The notes beneath the pieces are model-generated. The model was not told the DNA's origin and ran no database searches. It worked only from the letters and a program-made list of their open reading frames with translations. The translations under genes and the position numbers were made by a program. DNA of 32,000 nucleotides from Vibrio vulnificus CMCP6 (lineage in GTDB: Bacteria > Pseudomonadota > Gammaproteobacteria > Enterobacterales > Vibrionaceae), in NCBI RefSeq assembly GCF_000039765.1, contig NC_004459.3:450001-482000 (forward strand), given 5' to 3'. Shown here one piece after another: positions 20,834 through 32,000 of this stretch. How positions within the stretch are numbered: position 1 is the stretch's first letter; each line of letters starts with the position of its first letter.

Positions 20834-20861
20834 AAATAAAGCGCCAATGGGCGCTTTATTT
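20834..20861. terminator. Bidirectional terminator between yfhL and mepA
   Basis: AAATAAAGCGCC-AATG-GGCGCTTTATTT; overlaps the mepA stop codon. Confidence 0.8.
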
Positions 20862-21690
20862 ATTTCTCATGTTTCTGATTTAGTACCGTCACACATGCCT
20901 CAGAGATAGGCTCGGGCTCCAGTGCTTTTTTCGCCGGTGGCGTTGGACGCTCTATCCAGCTCAACACTTCTTCACCACAACCATCTCCCTCCGGCGGCAA
21001 AGCTTGCTCGATACAGTCATCGCTTCCTTGTGGGCAAGAGAGTCTCACATGCATGTGTGAAGAATGTCCCCACCAAGGCCTTACCTTTCTCAGCCACGAC
21101 CTATGAGTGGATGTTTCCATTTGACATAAACGTTGCTTGATAACGGCGTGGACAAAAATTCTCGCTACCCTGCCATTTTCGGCTGCGGCTCGGATCAACT
21201 CGAATTGCTCATCACGCCATTCATCGGCACGAATAGTCATGGTATCGAAATTGACGACACTCGCAGTCTTTGCCTGTTCAAGCTCATATTTATTCAAAGG
21301 AGAGGTGTTTAGTTTAAGCCATACATCAATATCGAGTCCGGTTTGATGACTCGCATGACCAAAAGAAAAACGCCCACCTCGTGGTAAACTGACATCCGCA
21401 ATCATTAGAGTCGAAGCCAAATGTGTATCCGCGTAATAGCCTAACTCTTGTATAAAAGTGACGGTTTCTGGATGCGCAAAGTAGCGATTACGCTCTGCAC
21501 GCACAACTTGATACCCTTCCCCCTCTAGTGGTAAAGCGATACCACCATCTAAACAGCCATTTGCGTACGATCCTATTGATTGAGCACGTTCACGCGTTGG
21601 TGCGGTCACCAGTTCCCACGCTGTCATTTGTAATGCCCAAGTAGGTATTGAATACATCGCGCACAATGACGCCAGTATTTTAGCGAACAT
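20860..21690 (-). CDS. mepA: Penicillin-insensitive murein endopeptidase
   Basis: 276 aa; signal peptide; RGGRFSFGHASHQTGLDIDVWL and WWGHSSHMHVRLSCP metal-binding motifs. Confidence 0.95.
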   Translation of the reverse strand: MFAKILASLCAMYSIPTWALQMTAWELVTAPTRERAQSIGSYANGCLDGGIALPLEGEGYQVVRAERNRYFAHPETVTFIQELGYYADTHLASTLMIADVSLPRGGRFSFGHASHQTGLDIDVWLKLNTSPLNKYELEQAKTASVVNFDTMTIRADEWRDEQFELIRAAAENGRVARIFVHAVIKQRLCQMETSTHRSWLRKVRPWWGHSSHMHVRLSCPQGSDDCIEQALPPEGDGCGEEVLSWIERPTPPAKKALEPEPISEACVTVLNQKHEK

Positions 21691-21867
21691 CCATTGATCC
21701 TTGCTTATTGTGAAGAAAGGTTTCTAAAGCATATTGCGACTAGGAAGTCATGATTTCAATTGAAGTGAACAAAAGCGTGAAATACAAGTAACAGTCATAT
21801 CCATCGTCGAAAGCAGTGGATGATTGGACAACGATTATCGGTATAGGAATAGTAAAGAAACAAAAAA

Positions 21868-21887
21868 GCTCCGACCTAAGTCAGAGC
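21868..21887 (-). terminator. Terminator downstream of tRNA-Trp (end of the rRNA/tRNA transcript)
   Basis: Minus strand GCTCTGAC-TTAG-GTCGGAGC followed by TTTTTTG. Confidence 0.75.
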
Positions 21888-21896
21888 CTTTGAATA

Positions 21897-21973
<77 letters not shown>

Positions 21974-22009
21974 GTCGATTCATCAAAGATGATAAATCTC
22001 AGATTTGAA

Positions 22010-22034
22010 AAGACCTCGCTAAAAGCGAGGTCTT
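22010..22034 (-). terminator. Terminator-like hairpin between tRNA-Asp and tRNA-Trp
   Basis: Minus strand AAGACCTCGC-TTTTA-GCGAGGTCTT followed by TTC. Confidence 0.6.
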
Positions 22035-22042
22035 AGAATAAG

Positions 22043-22119
22043 TGGCGGAGCGGACGGGACTCGAACCCGCGACCCCCGGCGTGACAGGCCGGTATTCTAA
22101 CCAACTGAACTACCGCTCC
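22043..22119 (-). tRNA. tRNA-Asp (GTC)
   Basis: GGAGCGGTAGTTCAGTTGGTTAGAATACCGGCCTGTCACGCCGG...TTCGAGTCCCGTCCGCTCCGCCA. Confidence 0.97.
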
Positions 22120-22151
22120 GCACTGGTTAGACCTAAGTCTAAATTAAAAGC

Positions 22152-22267
22152 CTGGCGATGTTCTACTCTCACATGGGGAAACCCCACACTACCATCGACG
22201 CTATTTCGTTTCACTTCTGAGTTCGGAATGGATTCAGGTGGGTCCAAAACGCTATGGTCGCCAAGCA
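22152..22267 (-). rRNA. rrf: 5S rRNA
   Basis: Minus strand TGCTTGGCGACCATAGCG...CCATGTGAGAGTAGAACATCGCCAGG; about 116 nt. Confidence 0.95.
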
Positions 22268-22390
22268 AATTCTGTTTTTGTCTTCACTTTTTCTAAAAAA
22301 GTGAAAGCAAAAAATCTGGAAAGCTGTTTATGTTCTCTACACATTCAATGTTCTTACATCGAGTCCATCAAAACCCTTTGGGTGTTGTAT

Positions 22391-25277
<2,887 letters not shown>

Positions 25278-25496
25278 ATACAACCCCAAAGGGTCTTTGT
25301 TAAACAACCAAAGTTGCTATCTCATTATTTGAATGAGCGAGATAGCGTTGATTTTGCCGGACTCAATTTCGAATAGTCACTAAAAGTGACCTTCCCAAGA
25401 ACACTTGAATGTGTTTGTTGGTGTTTGTCCTAAAGACAAACATTGAGAACTTTACAAACAACAATAAATTGTTGTTTTGTCAGCTTTCCAAATTGT

Positions 25497-25505
25497 TAAA
25501 GAGCA
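25497..25505 (-). promoter_or_regulatory. boxA antitermination element in the 16S-23S spacer
   Basis: Minus strand TGCTCTTTA within CTGCTCTTTAACAATTTGG. Confidence 0.75.
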
Positions 25506-25555
25506 GATTTCTTTCGAAACCATTACTAAAGATTCTAAATTAAAACCTTTAGTAA

Positions 25556-25631
<76 letters not shown>

Positions 25632-25696
25632 ACATCTATCACTAAAACATAATAAACCATCAATCTGTGTGAACACTCATCGCAATAATCATCGTA

Positions 25697-27240
<1,544 letters not shown>

Positions 27241-27389
27241 AAGTTTTTTGAAGCTTTCGCTTCGGCTCAATGAATACTGAATAAATTGACTGTGCCGATA
27301 CTTAGTATCGTTTTGGTCACTCAGTTCATTGATAAATCTTTTGGATTATCATCAACGAGTGCCCACACAGATTGATAGGTTTATATTGT

Positions 27390-27398
27390 TAAAGAGCT
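27390..27398 (-). promoter_or_regulatory. Leader boxA of the rRNA operon
   Basis: Minus strand AGCTCTTTA(ACAATATAAACC), the same core as the spacer boxA. Confidence 0.65.
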
Positions 27399-27435
27399 TG
27401 CTTTTCGAGAAGTTTTTCTCTCAAAGCGGAGGTGC

Positions 27436-27463
27436 ATTCTAGCGAGTTAATTTGAAGAGTCAA
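27436..27463 (-). promoter_or_regulatory. rRNA operon downstream promoter (P2-like)
   Basis: Minus strand TTGACT-16 nt-TAGAAT with AT-rich upstream AAATAAATTTGAAAAAGTG. Confidence 0.8.
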
Positions 27464-27550
27464 ACACTTTTTCAAATTTATTTCTCAGGAACTTACCTTA
27501 ACTTTTCACTTGCTGAAGCCTTACGCTGTCTGCCGTGTCAGTGGATGCGC

Positions 27551-27578
27551 ATTATAGGTAGTTTCTTCACATGCACAA
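27551..27578 (-). promoter_or_regulatory. rRNA operon upstream promoter (P1-like)
   Basis: Minus strand TTGTGC-16 nt-TATAAT followed by the GC-rich discriminator GCGCATCCACTGACACGG, very like E. coli rrn P1. Confidence 0.85.
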
Positions 27579-27648
27579 GAGCAAAATTAGAAAAAAAAGA
27601 AAAAAGCAAATCATTTGCCTACTTTTTGCTCAAGTCGTATTTAAAAAC

Positions 27649-27677
27649 ATCAAAAGAGGCGTTTCGCCTCTTTTGAT
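27649..27677 (-). terminator. clpB terminator
   Basis: ATCAAAAGAGGCG-TTT-CGCCTCTTTTGAT, perfect 13-bp inverted repeat. Confidence 0.85.
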
Positions 27678-27716
27678 TTACTATTTTCTCCCTCAAAGAA
27701 GAGAAAACCACTCTAT

Positions 27717-30290
27717 CTATTGGTGTGCCACAATTTGGTCGTTGTTGACGATAAGCTGTATTTTCTTATCCGGTAGCACTGAACCTGCCAAAATAGATTT
27801 CGCCAGCGGGTTTTCGATACTTTGCTGAATCGCTCGTTTCAATGGTCTTGCTCCGTAAACCGGGTCAAAACCAACTTGTGCGATCAATTCGAGCGCTTTA
27901 TCAGACACTTCCAACGGATAGCCATGCTCTTCCATGCGATTCGCCAAGCGGTTAAGTTGAATCGCTGCGATCGACTTAATATGGTCTTGACCAAGTGGGT
28001 GGAAGACCACTGTCTCATCAACACGGTTCAAAAACTCCGGCCTGAAGTGCTTGGTCACCACTTCCATCACCTGTTCTTTGATGCCTTGGTAATCCAACAT
28101 AGCGAAGTTTTCTTGGATGCGGCTGGAGCCTAGGTTTGATGTCATGATGACCACGGTATTGCGGAAATCCACTGTTCTACCTTGTCCATCCGTCAATCGA
28201 CCATCATCCAAGACTTGCAGCAGGATGTTGAACACATCAGGATGCGCCTTTTCCACCTCGTCGAGCAAAATCACTGAATAAGGCTTACGTCGAACGGCTT
28301 CCGTTAAGTAACCACCTTCTTCATAACCCACATAGCCAGGAGGTGCACCGACTAAGCGTGCCACTGAGTGTTTCTCCATAAACTCGGACATGTCGATACG
28401 CACCATGGCATCTTCACTGTCGAACATGAAATTCGCCAACGTTTTGCACAGTTCCGTTTTCCCCACACCGGTTGGACCTAAGAATAAGAACGAACCAATC
28501 GGCTTATTGGGATCGGACAAACCCGCGCGGCTGCGACGTATTGCATTCGCAACAACTTCCACCGCCTCTTTCTGCCCAATAACGCGTTTATGCAGCACCT
28601 CTTCCATGCGAAGTAGTTTTTCTTTTTCTGCTTCAAGCATTTTGGAAACAGGGATACCCGTTTGCTTGGAAAGCACTTCCGCAATTTCATTATCGGTGAC
28701 TTTGTTTTTCAACAAGGTCATTTCCTGCATTTCTGCTTGCGTTGCTAGGTCAAGTTGCTTCTCAAGCTCTGGAATACGGCCATATTGAAGCTCAGACATG
28801 CGGCTAAGATCCCCCGCTCGTCTTGCAAACTCCATATCCATGCGTGCTTGCTCTAACGCCGCTTTAATATGCTGAGTGCCAGACAGCGCGGCTTTTTCCG
28901 CATTCCAAATTTCCTCTAACTCAGCAAACTCACGCTCTTTCTCATTCAACTCTTCGTTAAGTGAGCGCAGACGTTTTTCACTCGCTTCATCGTGTTCATT
29001 ACTCAGCGCCTGCTGCTCTATCTTAAGTTGGATGATTTTGCGCTCCAACTTATCCAAAGCTTCGGGTTTAGAATCGATCTGCATGCGAATACTGGATGCG
29101 GCTTCGTCGATGAGGTCGATCGCTTTGTCCGGTAATTGACGATCAGAAACATAGCGATGCGACAAACTGGCCGCAGCAACGATCGCTGGATCGGTAATTT
29201 CAACATGATGATGCAGCTCATAGCGTTCTTTTAAACCACGCAAAATTGCAATGGTGTCTTCCACTGTTGGTTCATCAACCAGCACTTTTTGGAAGCGGCG
29301 CTCAAGTGCCGGATCTTTCTCGATATACTGACGATACTCATCAAGTGTCGTTGCGCCCACACAATGTAACTCACCACGTGCCAATGCGGGTTTGAGCATA
29401 TTGCCCGCATCCATCGACCCTTCACCTTTACCGGCGCCAACCATGGTATGAAGCTCATCAATAAAGAGGATGATATTGCCTTCTTCTTTAGACAACTCAT
29501 TCAATACCGATTTAAGTCGCTCTTCAAATTCACCACGGTACTTCGCTCCAGCCACCAACGCGCCCATATCGAGTGACAATACTCGGCGACCACGCAGACC
29601 TTCGGGCACCTCGTTATTGATGATACGTTGTGCTAAACCTTCAACAATGGCGGTTTTACCAACACCTGGCTCACCAATGATCACGGGGTTGTTTTTGGTT
29701 CGACGCTGCAATACTTGGATGGTGCGACGAATTTCATCGTCACGTCCAATCACAGGGTCAAGTTTGCCCTGTTCTGCACGTTCCGTCAGATCAATGGTAA
29801 ATTTCTCTAACGCTTGGCGAAGTTCTTCCGCATTTTGATCATTCACTTTTTGACCACCGCGAATTTGCTCGATAGCTTGACTCACTTTCTGTTCAGTTAA
29901 GCCAAGTTCTTTGAAGAGCTGGCCAAGTGGTCCTCTATCTTCGATTGCTGCGAGCAAAAAGATTTCAGATGAGATGTAAGCATCTTGGCGTTTTTGTGCA
30001 ATCTTATCGCACAAGTTAAACATCGCGCCCATGGCTGAGGAGAGCTGTACATCACCACCAATACCGCTCACTTTGGGCAAACGATCCAGCATTTCGCTGA
30101 GTTTTGAACGTAGGTGAGTGACATCCACATTTAAGATGGTCAGCAGTGGACGAATAGGGCTGCCGTTTTGATCAAGCAGCGCCACCATTAAGTGAACAGG
30201 TTCAATGTATTGATGATCGCGCCCTAACGCCAATGATTGTGCATCAGAGATAGCGATTTGAAATTTGCTGGTAAATCGATCAAGACGCAT
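27717..30290 (-). CDS. clpB: ATP-dependent disaggregase ClpB
   Basis: 857 aa; two AAA+ modules with Walker [11 protein letters not shown] and [10 protein letters not shown]; middle coiled-coil domain. Confidence 0.99.
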   Translation of the reverse strand: MRLDRFTSKFQIAISDAQSLALGRDHQYIEPVHLMVALLDQNGSPIRPLLTILNVDVTHLRSKLSEMLDRLPKVSGIGGDVQLSSAMGAMFNLCDKIAQKRQDAYISSEIFLLAAIEDRGPLGQLFKELGLTEQKVSQAIEQIRGGQKVNDQNAEELRQALEKFTIDLTERAEQGKLDPVIGRDDEIRRTIQVLQRRTKNNPVIIGEPGVGKTAIVEGLAQRIINNEVPEGLRGRRVLSLDMGALVAGAKYRGEFEERLKSVLNELSKEEGNIILFIDELHTMVGAGKGEGSMDAGNMLKPALARGELHCVGATTLDEYRQYIEKDPALERRFQKVLVDEPTVEDTIAILRGLKERYELHHHVEITDPAIVAAASLSHRYVSDRQLPDKAIDLIDEAASSIRMQIDSKPEALDKLERKIIQLKIEQQALSNEHDEASEKRLRSLNEELNEKEREFAELEEIWNAEKAALSGTQHIKAALEQARMDMEFARRAGDLSRMSELQYGRIPELEKQLDLATQAEMQEMTLLKNKVTDNEIAEVLSKQTGIPVSKMLEAEKEKLLRMEEVLHKRVIGQKEAVEVVANAIRRSRAGLSDPNKPIGSFLFLGPTGVGKTELCKTLANFMFDSEDAMVRIDMSEFMEKHSVARLVGAPPGYVGYEEGGYLTEAVRRKPYSVILLDEVEKAHPDVFNILLQVLDDGRLTDGQGRTVDFRNTVVIMTSNLGSSRIQENFAMLDYQGIKEQVMEVVTKHFRPEFLNRVDETVVFHPLGQDHIKSIAAIQLNRLANRMEEHGYPLEVSDKALELIAQVGFDPVYGARPLKRAIQQSIENPLAKSILAGSVLPDKKIQLIVNNDQIVAHQ

Positions 30291-30336
30291 AGCTACCTTC
30301 CTAACCTCAACTGAAGTAAATTCTTTAATCAGTATG

Positions 30337-30369
30337 AAAGATGGCTACGCAAAAATCGTTTTTCAAGGG
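30337..30369 (-). promoter_or_regulatory. Putative sigma-32 heat-shock promoter of clpB
   Basis: Minus strand TTCCCCCTTGAAA, about 14 nt, then AGCCATCTT; -35 is near consensus (CCCTTGAA), -10 is partial relative to CCCCATNT. Confidence 0.65.
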
Positions 30370-30406
30370 GGAATTAAAAACTAACGCTCGGTAAATTAAA
30401 CTGACG

Positions 30407-31123
30407 TTATTCAAACCAGATAAAGCTCGCTTGACGTCCAGTGACACCTTCGCGACGGTAAGAATAGAAGCGTGAATCTTGATAGGTACACAATTCAGAA
30501 GAGTAAATCGCCTCAACCCCTATTGAAGAGAGACGAATACGCGCCAGCTGATCCATATCAGCCAACCACTTATTTGGTGTGATATGAGTAGAAAACGCAT
30601 TCACTGCTTGAGGGTGTTGTTGGCAAAAAGCCTCCACCACATCCTCTCCGACTTCAAAAGCCTGAGGACCGATCGCAGGGCCAAGCCAAATCAGCACATC
30701 TTGTGAAAAGTGACGAAGTGCTTCCTCAACGATCCCGCCCGCCAAACCACGCCAACCCGCATGCACGGCGGCAACTTGCGTCCCTGAGGTATTGGTGATT
30801 AAAACGGGTAAACAATCGGCAGTCATCGCACTGCAAACGACATCAGAGGAATGAGTAAAAACCCCATCAGCATCAAGGATTACTTCGGTTGGTCCTGTTG
30901 CTTCAATCACCGTCGTAGAATGAGTTTGATTGAGCCAAATCGGTGCACTCGGCATCTGAGCCTGTTCGGCTAACCATTGACGATTTCTCATTACTATTGA
31001 AAAATCATCCCCAACATGTGTGCCTAAGTTCAAACCAGTGTAAACACCCGTCGAATAGCCACCTTGGCGAGTCGACGATAATGCTTTGACATTCTTAGGC
31101 GCAGGCCAGTTGGGGATAAGCAT
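30407..31123 (-). CDS. yfiH: YfiH/PgeF family (laccase-domain) peptidoglycan editing factor
   Basis: IPNWPAPKNVKALSSTRQGGYSTGVYTGLNLGTHVGDD; AAVHAGWRGLAGGIVE; ELCTYQDSRFYSYRREGVTGRQASFIW; ATG at 31123 preferred over the TTG at 31126. Confidence 0.93.
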   Translation of the reverse strand: MLIPNWPAPKNVKALSSTRQGGYSTGVYTGLNLGTHVGDDFSIVMRNRQWLAEQAQMPSAPIWLNQTHSTTVIEATGPTEVILDADGVFTHSSDVVCSAMTADCLPVLITNTSGTQVAAVHAGWRGLAGGIVEEALRHFSQDVLIWLGPAIGPQAFEVGEDVVEAFCQQHPQAVNAFSTHITPNKWLADMDQLARIRLSSIGVEAIYSSELCTYQDSRFYSYRREGVTGRQASFIWFE

Positions 31124-31126
31124 CAA

Positions 31127-32000
31127 TCAGTACTCGTCTGGTAAACCATGCTCTTGTGCATCACGACGTAAAGTTTCAGTCAACTCAACCATATCGTCTG
31201 GCACCGGCGCATGGAACTCCATCTCTTCACCTGTGATCGGATGCTCAAAGCGCAGCATCACTGCATGAAGCGCTTGGCGATCAAAGTTTCGGATCATTGC
31301 CGTAACGTCTTCAGAAGCGCCCGCTGGAATTCGAGCACGCCCACCGTAAGCCGCATCACCTAATAATGGATGTTGTAGGTAAGACATATGCACACGAATC
31401 TGGTGAGTACGGCCAGTTTCAAGACGCAAACGGATACGCGTGTGCTCTCGGAAATGCTCCGCCACTCGGAAATGCGTCACAGCAGGCTTACCCATGGGGC
31501 TCACCGCCATTAAGGTACGTTTTGTTGCATGGCGGCCAATCGGTTTATCGACTTTGCCCCCCGCCGTCATTCGGCCAATGGCAATGGCTTCGTATTCACG
31601 CGTAATATTGCGTTTTTGAAGAGCACGCACCAAACGTGTTTGTGCCGGTACGGTTTTCGCCACAACCATCAGACCCGTGGTGTCTTTGTCCAAACGGTGA
31701 ACAATACCTGCACGCGGCACTTCCGCCACTTCAGGACAATGGAACAACAATGCGTTTAACACTGTACCGTCTGGCGTACCAGCCCCTGGGTGGACGACAA
31801 AATCACGAGGCTTATTGATCACTAAGATATCGTCATCTTCATAGACAATATCCAGTGGAATATCTTGCGCTTCCCAGCGCACTTCATCTTCCAGCTCGGC
31901 CAAAACAGTAATCACTTCCCCACCCATTACTTTCGTTCTAGGTTTGGTGACTACGTTACCGTCCACTGTGACTTTTCCGTCAAGCAACCATTCTTTCAGG
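31127..32000 (-). CDS. rluD: 23S rRNA pseudouridine synthase RluD, 5' end truncated by the window
   Basis: HRLDKDTTGLMVVAKT catalytic signature. The frame stays open to the window edge (..LKEWLLDGKVTVDGNVV), so the ORF start at 31987 is artificial. Confidence 0.93.
   Translation of the reverse strand, partial: LKEWLLDGKVTVDGNVVTKPRTKVMGGEVITVLAELEDEVRWEAQDIPLDIVYEDDDILVINKPRDFVVHPGAGTPDGTVLNALLFHCPEVAEVPRAGIVHRLDKDTTGLMVVAKTVPAQTRLVRALQKRNITREYEAIAIGRMTAGGKVDKPIGRHATKRTLMAVSPMGKPAVTHFRVAEHFREHTRIRLRLETGRTHQIRVHMSYLQHPLLGDAAYGGRARIPAGASEDVTAMIRNFDRQALHAVMLRFEHPITGEEMEFHAPVPDDMVELTETLRRDAQEHGLPDEY

Noticed and set aside
29470-29838. 122-aa plus-strand ORF (and other ORFs at 28390-29139)
   Set aside because: Antisense to clpB; these follow from codon composition of the real gene.
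30325-30516. 63-aa minus ORF next to clpB
   Set aside because: Overlaps the yfiH 3' end in another frame and also covers the clpB heat-shock promoter region; no supporting evidence for coding.

Overview
This 32 kb window is a Vibrio-like chromosomal segment, judged from gene content and order. Most of it is core genome. In order it carries: prxC/ahpC-type peroxiredoxin, cutC, ppk2 and a LysR regulator; a small uncharacterised surface module (proline-rich repeat lipoprotein plus two putative outer-membrane barrels); the phosphate/polyphosphate locus (phoU-pstB-pstA-pstC, then divergent ppk1-ppx, then convergent pstS-phoR-phoB); rdgC; a trhP(yegQ)-yfhL pair; mepA; a complete rRNA operon on the minus strand (16S, tRNA-Ala(GGC), 23S, 5S, tRNA-Asp, tRNA-Trp); clpB; a yfiH-family gene; and an rluD cut by the window edge. 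I found no CRISPR, transposase, prophage, or recognisable defence or toxin system. The best leads are: (1) the lipoprotein/two-barrel module with an exact-period 51-bp coding repeat; (2) an 11-bp perfect inverted repeat that would occlude the ppk2 Shine-Dalgarno sequence; (3) Pho boxes placed exactly 10 nt upstream of -10 elements at pstC and phoB, one of which implies the pstC ORF start is too far upstream; (4) large extra extracytoplasmic domains in PstC (propeller-like) and PstA (coiled-coil-like); (5) direct coupling of the tRNA hydroxylase gene trhP with the ferredoxin gene yfhL; (6) unusual hairpins at the rRNA operon tRNAs. No clearly new 'exciting' system is demonstrable from the sequence alone.
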